64,000 bases of DNA. Origin: Rhodothermales bacterium. Lineage in GTDB: Bacteria > Bacteroidota > Rhodothermia > Rhodothermales > VXPQ01. Both the position numbers and the translations under genes were made by a program. Below the pieces are notes generated by a model. That model searched no databases, was not told the DNA's origin, and saw only the letters and a program-made list of their open reading frames with translations. Shown here piece by piece: positions 1 to 10,149 of the stretch. Location: the NCBI GenBank assembly GCA_965223485.1, contig OZ244993.1, forward strand, positions 1,513,527-1,577,526, given 5' to 3'. The first letter of the stretch is position 1, and every line of letters starts with the position of its first letter.

Positions 1-465
1 GGGCAGCACTTTACGATTATCATGATTGCAGAGGGCGCCCGGGCCAAGGGAGGCGACCTGATCGTTAAACAGATCGTGGAAAACAGCCCGGATCCCGTGC
101 GCCTCGGAGGGGTTGGCAAGGTGCTCGAGCAGGCGTTGAGTACGCAGATAGACAGCGAAGTGCGCACCACGATTCCGGGGCACATGCAGCGCGGCGGTAC
201 GCCGACGGCGTACGATCGCGATCTGGCGACAGTCTTCGGCGTCTACGCTGCCGCCATGGTTGCCGAGGGGCAGTTCGGGCGCATGGTCGCGTTGCAAAAC
301 AACCGGCTCACAAGTGTCCCCTTCGAGGAGATCGCCAACAAGACCCGCATGATACCTCTCGACCATCCGATGCTTGCTACAGCCCATGCTACCGGGACAT
401 CCTTTGGCGCGCGCGATTTCGATTGCCGCATCGAGAGTGTCCATATGCAGGATGTCGTTACCTGA
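1..465 (+). CDS. pfkA: ATP-dependent 6-phosphofructokinase, C-terminal part (5' end outside window)
   Basis: The frame is open from nt 1 (GQHFTII precedes the listed Met at 22). It contains the PFK-A signature TIPGHMQRGGTPTAYDR. Stop at 463-465. Confidence 0.85.
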   Translation, partial: GQHFTIIMIAEGARAKGGDLIVKQIVENSPDPVRLGGVGKVLEQALSTQIDSEVRTTIPGHMQRGGTPTAYDRDLATVFGVYAAAMVAEGQFGRMVALQNNRLTSVPFEEIANKTRMIPLDHPMLATAHATGTSFGARDFDCRIESVHMQDVVT

Positions 466-513
466 TGCAGGCGGCGTACGTCCGGCCCCGAATCATTCTG
501 CACGTATGACGCC

Positions 514-1449
514 ATGACCATCTTCCTTACCGGGGGCACTGGTTTCGTGGGAGGCTATATCCTCCGTGAACTGATCCGGCAGGGGCATACCGTGCGCTGT
601 CTGGTCCGAAACGAGGCCCCGGCGCTTGATGCTATGCCGGCCCGCGTGGAGCAGGTATTCGGCTCCGTGACCGCTCCGGACACGTTGGGCGGCTTGATGG
701 ACGGCTGCGATGCCGTGATCCATCTGGTGGGTATTATCCGGGAAAACCCTGCGCATGGCGTTACCTTCGATGCAGTCCACTTCGGAGGTGCGAAAGCCGT
801 CGTGGACGAAGCCCGCAAGGCCGGCATTCCCGGATTTATCCACATGAGCGCCAATGGCGCCCGCCCCGACGGCGTATCCGCCTATCAGACCTCGAAGTGG
901 CATGCGGAAGAATATGTTCGGCAGGCAGGCTTCGCCCGCTGGACAATTTTCCGTCCCTCGCTCATTTTCGGAAATCCAGGACCGGGCGGCTTCGAATTCG
1001 CATCCGAATTGGCCCGCACGCTGGTGCGGCCATTGCCCGTGCTGCCCGCTTTCGGCGGCGGGCGCTTCGAGATGCAGCCGGTATCCGTCGAGGAAGTCGC
1101 TGCGGCGTTCGTGCAGGCGCTCACGCTCGATGCTGCGCACGGCAAGGTCTATTACGCCGGAGGACGGGAGCGCATCACTTTTCTTGAACTGCTCGACCGC
1201 ATAACGGATGCGATCGGACATGCCAGGAAGCCGAAAATTCCGAACCCTGCCGTTCTTGTGCGCCCGTTTATCCGTTTTCTCGACGGAACCGGCATCCTGC
1301 CTATTTCCCTGGACCAGTTCAATATGCTCATGGAAGGCAACACCTGCGACAGCACGGCTTTTTATCACGATTTCGGGCTCGCATTCAAGCCGTTTTCGCC
1401 GGAAAACCTGTCGTACCTGAACCGGCGCGAAAGGTCGGGGGCGCCATGA
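514..1449 (+). CDS. NAD(P)-binding SDR-family epimerase/dehydratase-like protein (NDUFA9/NmrA-like)
   Basis: 311-aa ORF with an N-terminal Rossmann motif LTGGTGFVGG. Its stop overlaps the next start (ATGA at 1446-1449). Confidence 0.8.
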   Translation: MTIFLTGGTGFVGGYILRELIRQGHTVRCLVRNEAPALDAMPARVEQVFGSVTAPDTLGGLMDGCDAVIHLVGIIRENPAHGVTFDAVHFGGAKAVVDEARKAGIPGFIHMSANGARPDGVSAYQTSKWHAEEYVRQAGFARWTIFRPSLIFGNPGPGGFEFASELARTLVRPLPVLPAFGGGRFEMQPVSVEEVAAAFVQALTLDAAHGKVYYAGGRERITFLELLDRITDAIGHARKPKIPNPAVLVRPFIRFLDGTGILPISLDQFNMLMEGNTCDSTAFYHDFGLAFKPFSPENLSYLNRRERSGAP

Positions 1450-3455
1450 CGGCGCACCTACGGCGTATCGCTTTGGCCGGGTGTCTGTTGTGTCCCGCCG
1501 CAGCCGCACAAGAGCCGGATACCACGGCGCTGGGCATTGAGCCGGCGCCGGCCGCGTTGGATTCCCTCGCCCGGACGCCTCTTGATCTCATTGGATTCGG
1601 TGATGCATTGCATGAGGAGACCGGGGGTATATGGGCGCTTTCCGATTCGATTCCGGCGCTCCGGCCCGATATTCATCTTGCCGAGCTTGTTGCTGGTGCG
1701 CCCGGCAGTTTTACCTATCTGTTCGATCGTCCGGGCTGGCCCGATGGCTGGAGTCCGTTCGGGCTTTCTCCCAACACGCGCCCGCTTGTTCTGACCGGCA
1801 TTCCGTTTACGGACATTTTCACCGGGCGCCCGGCCTGGGACCTGATTCCATTGCCCCTGATTGCGCCTCCCCGTCTTGACCCCGCCGGGGTGGGAGGGCG
1901 TCCTGCCGGCGTACACGCGCAACTGAGGCCATACGGGGGACCGGCGCCGCTTACCGAAGCCACCTACTGGCGCGATGGGGAGGGACTCCAGAGTATAGAT
2001 GTTGTGCACGCCCAGCAACGGCGGCGGTCGCTCAGGGGGCAGCCCGGATTGCTGGGGGTGCTCGGGGCCTACGGCGGGCGCGCCACGGATGTCGCGTATC
2101 CGGGCAGCAACCTGACGCGTGGACGCCGCACCACGTTGCGCGTGCGGTATGCACAGCGTGCCTGGTCGGCAGAGGTGCTGTACCTGAGCCAGCGCCGGCG
2201 TGTCGGCGCTCACGGCGGCGTGCTGATCCGGGCCGGTGATCCAAACGCGATCTACCGGAGCGATATTGCCGAAGTCGCCATGCCGCAAGCCGAACGACGC
2301 ATCGTGCGCAACGATTTAGCGGGCGCCGTGCGCGCACGGCTGCTCTCCGCTGGCGTCACTTCCTCGACCATGTACCATTCTACGGAGACATTCCGGTATC
2401 ATAACGCCCTCGACACGCTCGGTACCCGTTCGATGCGCACCGGGGCGCATGTCCGCCAGCCCCTGCTGCGCACTGCCGGGAGCCGACTTGCGATCCGTGT
2501 GGAGGCGTGGTTGGAGCACATGGCGCCGCGAGGAGCGTTCCGGGAATCCGCAGCGCGTCGCTTCGCCATGTATGTTGAGGCCGGCGATTCGCTGCGTCTT
2601 GGGCGGGCCGGTAAGGATGGGCAGGAGAAAAAATGGATGCTGGAGCCGGCGGCAGGCTGGTTTTTTCACCGGAGCGGCGGCCTTGCCGGCTCTGTCCGGT
2701 TGACGCGCCGCGGAACCCGACCCTCCTGGCGTGTTGGCGCCTCGACCGTCAAACCGCGTACGGCCGTCGCATACGATACCGGTTTCGGCGCCCTGCGCGG
2801 AGAACGCGGCGTGCGGCCAGGACGAACCTTTGCGATTCATACCGAAGGATCCGTACATACAGGGCCCTTTGTCATAGCGCTCGGGGCATTCGGGTACCTG
2901 GCCCGTGATCCGGTCGATGTGTTTGTCGCAGGCGACGAAATCGTTACGGCAACGGCGCCGTCGCCGCTCCGACAGGCGGCCCTGTATGCGGATATTGGCT
3001 GGCGCCGTCATGCCCAACGCGGGTTCTACGCGATGGTGCGCCCCACCTTTATGCACATCGTCGAACGGGGCGCCTCGCCTTTGCACAAGCGCCTTGCCGG
3101 TACGTTGCCCCGCTGGTTCGGGAGAGCACGCTTTGGCGTACGGTATACGCTCTTCCAGGGCGACCTGCGCTTCGATCTCTATGCGGAAGGCGCGGCATGG
3201 TCCGCCTTCCACAGCCGGTCGCTGCACGCGCCCACCGGGCTGCTTGCCGTGCCGGAGGCGTCTTCTCTCCTGCTCGGCGCCTCGAACACAGGCAATCTCG
3301 TGGCGGAAATACGTGTGCGTACGGCCCGTCTTTTTTTCGTTTACGACCATGCACCGGCTGGCGCATCGCTTGTGCCGGGGACCATGCTGGCGCCCGTGTA
3401 CCCGCTTCCTGCCGGTCGTTTTCGTTTCGGCGTACACTGGCCGATATTGGGGTAA
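1446..3455 (+). CDS. secreted / outer-membrane-like protein of unknown function
   Basis: 669-aa ORF translationally coupled to the upstream gene. It has a signal-like N-terminus (RRIALAGCLLCPAAAAQ), is Arg/Tyr/Gly-rich, and ends in an aromatic C-terminus (FGVHWPILG) compatible with a beta-barrel. No family recognised. Confidence 0.55.
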   Translation: MTAHLRRIALAGCLLCPAAAAQEPDTTALGIEPAPAALDSLARTPLDLIGFGDALHEETGGIWALSDSIPALRPDIHLAELVAGAPGSFTYLFDRPGWPDGWSPFGLSPNTRPLVLTGIPFTDIFTGRPAWDLIPLPLIAPPRLDPAGVGGRPAGVHAQLRPYGGPAPLTEATYWRDGEGLQSIDVVHAQQRRRSLRGQPGLLGVLGAYGGRATDVAYPGSNLTRGRRTTLRVRYAQRAWSAEVLYLSQRRRVGAHGGVLIRAGDPNAIYRSDIAEVAMPQAERRIVRNDLAGAVRARLLSAGVTSSTMYHSTETFRYHNALDTLGTRSMRTGAHVRQPLLRTAGSRLAIRVEAWLEHMAPRGAFRESAARRFAMYVEAGDSLRLGRAGKDGQEKKWMLEPAAGWFFHRSGGLAGSVRLTRRGTRPSWRVGASTVKPRTAVAYDTGFGALRGERGVRPGRTFAIHTEGSVHTGPFVIALGAFGYLARDPVDVFVAGDEIVTATAPSPLRQAALYADIGWRRHAQRGFYAMVRPTFMHIVERGASPLHKRLAGTLPRWFGRARFGVRYTLFQGDLRFDLYAEGAAWSAFHSRSLHAPTGLLAVPEASSLLLGASNTGNLVAEIRVRTARLFFVYDHAPAGASLVPGTMLAPVYPLPAGRFRFGVHWPILG

Positions 3456-3510
3456 CAGGCCGTTTACAACTTTGTTACAGCATCGCTGCACAGGATATCT
3501 TACCTTATTT

Positions 3511-3536
3511 GCAATTATGTGCACACACATAATTGC
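3511..3536. promoter_or_regulatory. inverted repeat (11-bp arms, 4-nt spacer) about 105 nt upstream of clpX
   Basis: GCAATTATGTG-CACA-CACATAATTGC read directly from the sequence. It sits in an AT-richer spacer. Confidence 0.3.
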
Positions 3537-3642
3537 GCATACTGTCTAATCAAACGGCGGCGCCAGTAGCGGAAGACAAGCAGCGAGAGCAAGCAGACAG
3601 CAACCCCGCGCTTCCTCATACACGCATCCATTCTCTTCCTGT

Positions 3643-4902
3643 ATGAGTACCAGGCATAACATCATCCAGTGTTCTTTCTGTGGGCAATCGGTGGACAGCG
3701 CCGCGTCCATGGTCCAGGCTCGCGAACCCGGCGTATACATATGCGACCGGTGTATCGGAGAAGCGGCGAGCGTTATCGGCAGCATTCCGGAGACGCAGAC
3801 CGCCTCCCGGGCATCGCCCGTCAAGCCGCGCCTGCTCGCCCCGCGTGAAATCAAGGGAGCGCTCGACGAATACGTAATCGGGCAGGAGTACGCGAAGAAA
3901 GCATTGGCCGTCGCGGTCTACAACCACTACAAGCGGATAGACACGGACCGGTATGTTCACGAGTACGACAATGTGGAACTGGAAAAATCCAACGTGCTGC
4001 TGGTTGGCCCCACCGGCGTCGGCAAAACGCTGCTCGCCCGCTCGCTGGCGCGCATTCTGGATGTGCCTTTTTCCATTTCGGACGCCACGGCGCTGACGGA
4101 AGCCGGCTATGTCGGCGAGGATGTCGAAAGCATTCTGACCCACCTTTTGCATGCCTCCGATTTCAACGTAGAACTGGCCCAACAGGGTATCATCTACATT
4201 GACGAAATCGACAAGATTGCGCGGAAAAGCGATAATGCTTCCATTACTCGCGACGTATCCGGGGAAGGCGTGCAACAGGCCTTGCTTAAAATCCTTGAAG
4301 GCACTGTGGCCGGTGTGCCGCCGAAAGGCGGGCGCAAGCATCCGGAACAGAGTCTGATAAACATCGATACCCGGAACATTCTCTTTATCGTGGGGGGCGC
4401 CTTCGACGGTCTGCAGGAGATTGTCGCTCACAGGATGTCCATCAATACGATCGGATTCATGTCGGAGCGCCGCAAGGTGTTCGATCGCAACGACCCTGTT
4501 CTCCTGCAGAGCGTTGAGCCGGACGACCTCCTGAAATTCGGGCTCATTCCCGAGCTGGTGGGGCGCGTTCCGGTTATTGCCGCCCTGGACCCGCTTACCG
4601 ACGACGCCATGCGGCAGATTCTTCTGGAACCGAAGAATGCTCTGGTGAAACAATACCAGAAGCTCTTGGCCATGGACGGCGTGCAACTCGCCTTCGACGA
4701 TGACACGATCGACCTCATCGTGCAGCGAGCGAAAAAACTCGGCACGGGCGCCCGAGGATTGCGTTCCGTAATGGAGCAAATCATGCTCGAAATCATGTAC
4801 GACCTCCACGCCCATCCGCATGCTGCGAACTGCCGGGTGACGCGGGATACGGTGCTGCACGGCGCCGACCCCGTCTACGAAAAGCGCAAGGCGAGTGCAT
4901 AG
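3643..4902 (+). CDS. clpX: ATP-dependent Clp protease ATP-binding subunit ClpX
   Basis: N-terminal C4 zinc finger (CSFCG...CDRC), Walker [12 protein letters not shown], and full-length colinear ClpX sequence (419 aa). Confidence 0.95.
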   Translation: MSTRHNIIQCSFCGQSVDSAASMVQAREPGVYICDRCIGEAASVIGSIPETQTASRASPVKPRLLAPREIKGALDEYVIGQEYAKKALAVAVYNHYKRIDTDRYVHEYDNVELEKSNVLLVGPTGVGKTLLARSLARILDVPFSISDATALTEAGYVGEDVESILTHLLHASDFNVELAQQGIIYIDEIDKIARKSDNASITRDVSGEGVQQALLKILEGTVAGVPPKGGRKHPEQSLINIDTRNILFIVGGAFDGLQEIVAHRMSINTIGFMSERRKVFDRNDPVLLQSVEPDDLLKFGLIPELVGRVPVIAALDPLTDDAMRQILLEPKNALVKQYQKLLAMDGVQLAFDDDTIDLIVQRAKKLGTGARGLRSVMEQIMLEIMYDLHAHPHAANCRVTRDTVLHGADPVYEKRKASA

Positions 4903-4932
4903 AATATAGAAGCCGCATTGGCCCCATTCAGG

Positions 4933-6195
4933 ATGCCCGACGAAACGCCGAACAGGAACGTACCCATACCGGACGAACGCCTGACCCCATTCCGGACCGC
5001 GCTTCTCGCGGGGGGCGTTCTCCTGTTTCTGGGCATGATCTACCAGATGGACAGCGATTTTATCGGGCCGCCGGTTGTCGCTTTTGCCGGGGCTGTCCTG
5101 CTGTGGCCCCTGCGAAAAATCCGCGCGGTGCGGGCCTTGCTTGTAGCGGGGGGGCTCATGCTGTTCCTGTGGGCGCTCAACGACCTTGCCGTCATTCTGA
5201 TTCCCTTCGCGGTCGTCTATCTGTTTGCGTATCTCTTCGATCCGCTGGTCACCGCGTTGCATGACCGTTTCGGCATCCGGCGTGCTATCGCCTCCCTTGC
5301 TGCGACGGCTGTCCTGATCGGCATTTTCGCTTCCTTCATCTTTCTGGTCGTTCCGAGTCTGTTAACCCAGTTCGAGGAATTGTTTCGGCGCCTGACGGAC
5401 ACCATGGACGATTTTCGCACCTGGCTGCAATCCGCCTCGTTGCTCGACAATCTCGAAAGGGTGGGTGTCGACCGGGATCAAATCGTACGGGATCTTACCG
5501 GTTTCCTGCAGGAACAGGCTACGAATCTGGCGACGAGCATTCCGAACGTCCTGCAATACGTTCTGAGGAAGATCGGCACGGTACTTGGCGCTGTTGCGCT
5601 CGTCGCCGTGCTACCGGTCGTACACTACTACCTGTTGAAAGATTTTCCGCCCATCAAAAGGCGGATCATCGAATTGTTTCCAACCCTCGGCGGACGCCGC
5701 GACTACCTGCTCCAAACCGGAGAGGTTGTCGGAAACTACCTGCGCGGCCAGCTCATTATTTGCGCCATCGCCGGTTTCAATGTGTCGGTAGTTCTTATCC
5801 TTCTCGACGTTCCGTTCGCCATCGTGATTGGTATCCTGGGGGGTGTCCTCAATCTGATTCCGAACATCGGCATCATCGTCACGAATATCATCGGGATAGG
5901 TATCGGGCTGTTTCTCGGCGATCCCTGGTACATCGATGTCCTCAAAATCGTGGCTGTTCTGATGGGCCAGTCGATTCTCGAACAGACGGTGCTGGTCCCG
6001 AATATCATGAGTCAGCAGATGGGGCTCCATCCTGTTCTGATCATCCTTTCGCTCTTCATTTTCGGGCATTTCATGGGCTGGATCGGACTGGTCATCGCTG
6101 TTCCTGTCACAGCACTGATCATGGCCGCCTACAAGACCTACCGGGATCATATCCGGTTTGAGTTGAAGGGCGAAGATGTGGATGTCATGCCCTGA
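4933..6195 (+). CDS. AI-2E family (PerM/YhhT-like) transporter
   Basis: Polytopic membrane protein with the typical C-terminal GILGGVLNLIPNIG segment. ATG at 4933 is preferred over the TTG at 4918 used by the ORF track. Confidence 0.85.
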   Translation: MPDETPNRNVPIPDERLTPFRTALLAGGVLLFLGMIYQMDSDFIGPPVVAFAGAVLLWPLRKIRAVRALLVAGGLMLFLWALNDLAVILIPFAVVYLFAYLFDPLVTALHDRFGIRRAIASLAATAVLIGIFASFIFLVVPSLLTQFEELFRRLTDTMDDFRTWLQSASLLDNLERVGVDRDQIVRDLTGFLQEQATNLATSIPNVLQYVLRKIGTVLGAVALVAVLPVVHYYLLKDFPPIKRRIIELFPTLGGRRDYLLQTGEVVGNYLRGQLIICAIAGFNVSVVLILLDVPFAIVIGILGGVLNLIPNIGIIVTNIIGIGIGLFLGDPWYIDVLKIVAVLMGQSILEQTVLVPNIMSQQMGLHPVLIILSLFIFGHFMGWIGLVIAVPVTALIMAAYKTYRDHIRFELKGEDVDVMP

Positions 6196-6202
6196 TTCGG
6201 CC

Positions 6203-7333
6203 ATGCGATTTTCCGTATCCGGCAGGGATTCCCGCACGGAGGCGCGGGCCGGGCAGATTGAAACCGACCACGGCCCGATCGAAACCCCGGTATTCATGCC
6301 GGTGGGCACGCTCGGGAGCGTCAAGGCAGTCGATTCGCGTACGTTGCTCGAGGACGTACGGGCACAGATTGTACTGGGGAACGCCTATCATTTGTATCTG
6401 CGCCCCGGTCCGGCGCTGATCGAACAGGCCGGCGGGTTGCACCGCCTCATGGCGTGGCCCGGACCGATTCTGACCGATTCCGGGGGATATCAGGTTTTTT
6501 CACTGGGCGGCCACCGGACGCTGAGCGAGGAGGGCGTAGCATTCCGCAGTCACCTCGACGGCTCCTCCCATTTCCTTACGCCCGAATCGGCGGTGGATAT
6601 CCAGCGCAGTATCGGGGCGGATATCATGATGGTTCTCGACGAGTGCCCGGCGGCGGACGTGTCGCGGGAATATGCCCGGACCTCGCACGAGATGACCCTG
6701 CGCTGGGCGGCCCGCTGCAAAAAACGCTTTGAAGAAACGGAACCACTGTACGAACACCGTCAGGCGCTCTTTTCCATCGTACAGGGTACGGTGTTTCCGG
6801 ATATCCGGCAGGAGTCGGCCCGGCGGCTTGTGGACATGGACTTTCCGGGGTACGCTATCGGCGGTCTCTCGGTCGGCGAACCCGATCATGAGATGTATGC
6901 AATGGTCGAGGTCGTAAACGAGATACTACCTGCTGACAAGCCGCGTTACCTTATGGGCGTGGGCACTCCCGAAAATCTGCTGGAAAACATAGCGCGCGGC
7001 GTGGATATGTTCGATTGCGTCATGCCCACGCGCAATGGACGCAACGGTATGCTGTTCACGACGGAGGGCATCGTCAACATCCGGAACCTGAAGTGGCGCG
7101 ACGACTTCTCGCCGCTCGATCCCGGCCTGGACGGCTATGTTTCCCGCACATTCTCCAAAGCGTATGTGCGCCATCTTTTTATGGTGAACGAAATCCTCGG
7201 TCTGTACATCGCGTCCGTACAGAACCTGTCTCTGTATACTTCGCTGATGCGCAAGGCGCGCGAAGCCATCCTCGACGGTTCGTTTTTGTCCTGGAAGAAG
7301 GAGATACGCCCCCTCATCAGCCGAAGGCTGTGA
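6203..7333 (+). CDS. tgt: tRNA-guanine transglycosylase (queuine tRNA-ribosyltransferase)
   Basis: GPIETPVFMPVGT, LTDSGGYQVFSL and FDCVMPTRNGRNG motifs. ATG 6203 (MRFSVSG) avoids overlap with the upstream gene. The last 6 codons lie in the first unit of the downstream repeat array. Confidence 0.92.
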   Translation: MRFSVSGRDSRTEARAGQIETDHGPIETPVFMPVGTLGSVKAVDSRTLLEDVRAQIVLGNAYHLYLRPGPALIEQAGGLHRLMAWPGPILTDSGGYQVFSLGGHRTLSEEGVAFRSHLDGSSHFLTPESAVDIQRSIGADIMMVLDECPAADVSREYARTSHEMTLRWAARCKKRFEETEPLYEHRQALFSIVQGTVFPDIRQESARRLVDMDFPGYAIGGLSVGEPDHEMYAMVEVVNEILPADKPRYLMGVGTPENLLENIARGVDMFDCVMPTRNGRNGMLFTTEGIVNIRNLKWRDDFSPLDPGLDGYVSRTFSKAYVRHLFMVNEILGLYIASVQNLSLYTSLMRKAREAILDGSFLSWKKEIRPLISRRL

Positions 7334-7493
7334 TTAAAACCAACCTCATCAGCCGCAGGCTGTGATTAAAACAACCAGTCAGCCGAAGGCTGTGATTAAA
7401 ACAACCAGTCAGCCGCAGGCTGTGATCGAAACCAACCTGTCAGCCGCAGGCTGTGATTAAAAACAACCTCATCAGCCGCAGGCTGTGATCGAA
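7318..7493. repeat. tandem array of six about 30-32-bp units, each carrying a small hairpin
   Basis: The unit is CAGCCG(A/C)AGGCTG TGAT(T/C)(A/G)AAAC(C)AAC.... It contains CAGCC-N3-GGCTG (5-bp stem). Copies start at 7318, 7350, 7380, 7410, 7441 and 7473. Units abut directly with no unique spacers. Confidence 0.9.
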
Positions 7494-7567
7494 CTTGAAT
7501 CGTTTCCGGGCGTTAACGATTAACCCCCGGTTCGTTGCCAAAACCGTTACCCAGACCTCGTTGCCCA

Positions 7568-8809
7568 ATGGCCGCCCGCAAGTTCAACGTTCCCGGCGCC
7601 TACGCGAGTTCGATCGTATCGACCGTGAAAACCGCGCGCGGCGCAGCCGATCCGCGTAAAAGGGATCTCACGCCGTCCGTACTGGACTTTGGCCCGCTAC
7701 GCTTCAAAATCGCACGGCATTTCGGGTTTTGCTTCGGTGTCGAGCATGCTATCGACATTGCCTGGCGCGCACTGGAGGAGAATCCCGGACGGCGCATTTT
7801 CCTGCTCTCGGAGATGATCCACAATCCGCGCGTGAATGGCGATTTGCGGGCAGCCGGGGTGCGTTTTTTGCGGACGACCACCGGCAAGCAATTGATTCCG
7901 TTCGAGGAGCTCACCCCCGATGACGTAGTGATCATTCCGGCCTTCGGCGCCTCACTCGACGTCGAGCGCCGGTTGGTCGAATGCGGCGTCGACACCATGA
8001 CCTATGACACGACATGTCCGTTCGTCGAGAAGGTTTGGAACAAGAGTGAGCGGATCGGCCGGGCCGGGTATACCGTGATTATACACGGCAAGCGGTATCA
8101 CGAGGAAATGCGGGCCACATTTTCCCGCGCCAGCCGGGACGCCCCTGCCGTAGTCGTGCGCGATATACGCGAAGCGGAAGATATTGCCCGGATCATCCGG
8201 GGAGAGGCCGGCGGCGATTTTTTCTTCAATCGATTCCGCGACAAATACTCGACCGGTTTCGACCCGCTCCATGACCTGCAACGTATCGGCGTGGTGAATC
8301 AGACCACCATGCTGGCCACCGAAACGCAAGCCATAGCCCGTTTGCTCCGGCAGGCCATCCTCGAGCGGCACGGCGAGGCAGAACTGACCGACCGCTTTGC
8401 AGATACCAGCGACACGCTGTGCTACGCTACCAACGAGAACCAGAATGCCACCTTGCACCTGATTGGGTCCGGGGGCGATTTGGGCATTGTCGTGGGTGGC
8501 TATAACTCATCCAACACCAGCCATCTGGTCGATCTCTGTGCAGAGAAAATGCCTACGTATTTTGTGCTCGACGCCGAAAAAATCGTATCGTCCGACACGA
8601 TCCGGCATTTCGATGTGGGGGCGGGAGAGGAAAAGGTTACCACCGGATGGCTTCCTGCCCGGCGCCCGCTGGATATAGTACTCACGGCAGGCGCTTCCTG
8701 CCCTGATGCGTTGCTGGATGAGGTGATTCGAAAAATGGTCGCATGGACGGAGGATGTCCGCACCCTGGACGAAGCGCTGGCTCCCTTTGCTTCCGGGAAG
8801 GCGGCATAA
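7568..8809 (+). CDS. ispH: 4-hydroxy-3-methylbut-2-enyl diphosphate reductase (long form)
   Basis: FGFCFGVEHAI, TCPFVEKVW and GGYNSSNTSHL motifs of LytB/IspH. ATG 7568 is preferred over TTG 7535. Confidence 0.9.
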   Translation: MAARKFNVPGAYASSIVSTVKTARGAADPRKRDLTPSVLDFGPLRFKIARHFGFCFGVEHAIDIAWRALEENPGRRIFLLSEMIHNPRVNGDLRAAGVRFLRTTTGKQLIPFEELTPDDVVIIPAFGASLDVERRLVECGVDTMTYDTTCPFVEKVWNKSERIGRAGYTVIIHGKRYHEEMRATFSRASRDAPAVVVRDIREAEDIARIIRGEAGGDFFFNRFRDKYSTGFDPLHDLQRIGVVNQTTMLATETQAIARLLRQAILERHGEAELTDRFADTSDTLCYATNENQNATLHLIGSGGDLGIVVGGYNSSNTSHLVDLCAEKMPTYFVLDAEKIVSSDTIRHFDVGAGEEKVTTGWLPARRPLDIVLTAGASCPDALLDEVIRKMVAWTEDVRTLDEALAPFASGKAA

Positions 8810-8823
8810 CCCCGATCGATTCC

Positions 8824-9567
8824 ATGTGGTACGAGGAGTGGTTCGATCATCCCGAGTACGAACTGGTTTATCAGGACCGGGACGAGGACGAAGCGGAACG
8901 TATGGTGGATTTTCTGGACCGCGTCGTCCGGCCTGAATCCGGTGCTTCCATCCTGGATATGGGGTGCGGCCGCGGGCGGCATGCGCGGGCCCTTGCCCGT
9001 CGGGGGTATCACGTAACCGGTGTAGATCTTTCCGAATACGCCATCGAAGAGGCCGCGCGGCGCGCCACGAAAGAGGGGCTTGCTGTCCTCTTCCGACGCG
9101 GCGACATGCGCAACCCGGTATGCGACTGCTGTTTTGACGGCGTCATCAACGTATTTACGGCATTCGGGTATTTTGCGGACGACGACGATCATGTGCGTGC
9201 GTTGCGGGCCATGCACCGGTCACTGTGTCCGGGCGGCTGGTTCGTGCAGGATTTCTTCAATGTCTCCTATGTGCTTGACCACCTTGTTCCGGAAGATCGA
9301 TTCGAGCGGGGCGGGGCGACTATTCACCAGCGGCGCTGGGTAGAAAACGGACGAATCAACAAGCGGATTACGATTCGCACCGGCGAAAACGAACAGTCCT
9401 TCCTCGAATCCGTTCGTCTCTATACGCTGGAGGATTTCCGGGCGATGTACGCCTCGGCAGGCCTGCAACTCCGGCATACGTACGGCGACTACGAAGGACG
9501 TCCTCATTCGAATGCCAGCCCCCGGCTCATTTTGCATGCCGAAAAGCCAGAGACGGACACGTGCTGA
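8824..9567 (+). CDS. class I SAM-dependent methyltransferase
   Basis: Motif I ILDMGCGRGRH and post-I VTGVDLS. ATG 8824 (MWYEEWFDHPEY) lies just after the ispH stop. Confidence 0.8.
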   Translation: MWYEEWFDHPEYELVYQDRDEDEAERMVDFLDRVVRPESGASILDMGCGRGRHARALARRGYHVTGVDLSEYAIEEAARRATKEGLAVLFRRGDMRNPVCDCCFDGVINVFTAFGYFADDDDHVRALRAMHRSLCPGGWFVQDFFNVSYVLDHLVPEDRFERGGATIHQRRWVENGRINKRITIRTGENEQSFLESVRLYTLEDFRAMYASAGLQLRHTYGDYEGRPHSNASPRLILHAEKPETDTC

Positions 9568-9601
9568 TTCCCGCTCGGCCATCCTGACGGGCGTGCCGAT
9601 C

Positions 9602-10138
9602 ATGCTGGTGCTTGCGACGGGGTGTGATCTGTTCGCCACGCGTACGCCGGAACCGCCGGGCACGGAAACCGGCGCCTACCTCCAGCCGGATACGCCCGAT
9701 CAAGTGCTGGAAAACTTGCGCAACGCCATTGCCGAATTGAATGCCCCTAATTACCGGCGTTCTTTTTCGGACGGTTTCCGCTTCCAACCCACTGCCGAAG
9801 CAGAGGCGCAAGATCCTTCCATCTGGAACGGATGGGGCGCCCAGGAAGAAGAAAGTTACTTCCGGGCGCTGGTGGAGGCGGCCCGTCTTACCAGCGGTAA
9901 CGAGTTGCGCTTGACCGACATCGAGCAAACGGCGGGCCCCGTGCGTTACACGGTGGATGCCTCGTATGTTCTGGTGCTCAATCATCGCAGCACCGAATTG
10001 CCGAACACGCTACAGGGTCGTGTCGCCTGGTCGATCGAAAAGGGCGAGGACGGTCTCTGGTACATTGCAACCTGGACGGACAACTCGATCGGGACCGCCG
10101 CTTCCTGGAGCGATCTGAAGGCGGCCTTCATCAAATAA
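9602..10138 (+). CDS. lipoprotein of unknown function
   Basis: Lipobox-like N-terminus MLVLATGCD. The ORF continues to 10138. No family recognised. Confidence 0.55.
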   Translation: MLVLATGCDLFATRTPEPPGTETGAYLQPDTPDQVLENLRNAIAELNAPNYRRSFSDGFRFQPTAEAEAQDPSIWNGWGAQEEESYFRALVEAARLTSGNELRLTDIEQTAGPVRYTVDASYVLVLNHRSTELPNTLQGRVAWSIEKGEDGLWYIATWTDNSIGTAASWSDLKAAFIK

Positions 10139-10149
10139 ACAACGATCCG

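Noticed and set aside
493-1509. Long antisense ORFs overlapping confident genes (493-1509 -, 3616-5262 -, 41398-43188 +, 47071-48225 +, 44025-45263 +, 12628-13698 +)
   Set aside because: Each overlaps, on the opposite strand, a gene with clear family motifs (SDR, clpX/AI-2E, DUF5916, GH10, GH5, dgoD). None has any motif of its own. These are GC-driven open frames.
7318-7493. Possible CRISPR array between tgt and ispH
   Set aside because: The units abut directly with no unique spacers. The period is the repeat length itself (30-32 bp), and there are no cas genes nearby. It is a plain tandem repeat.
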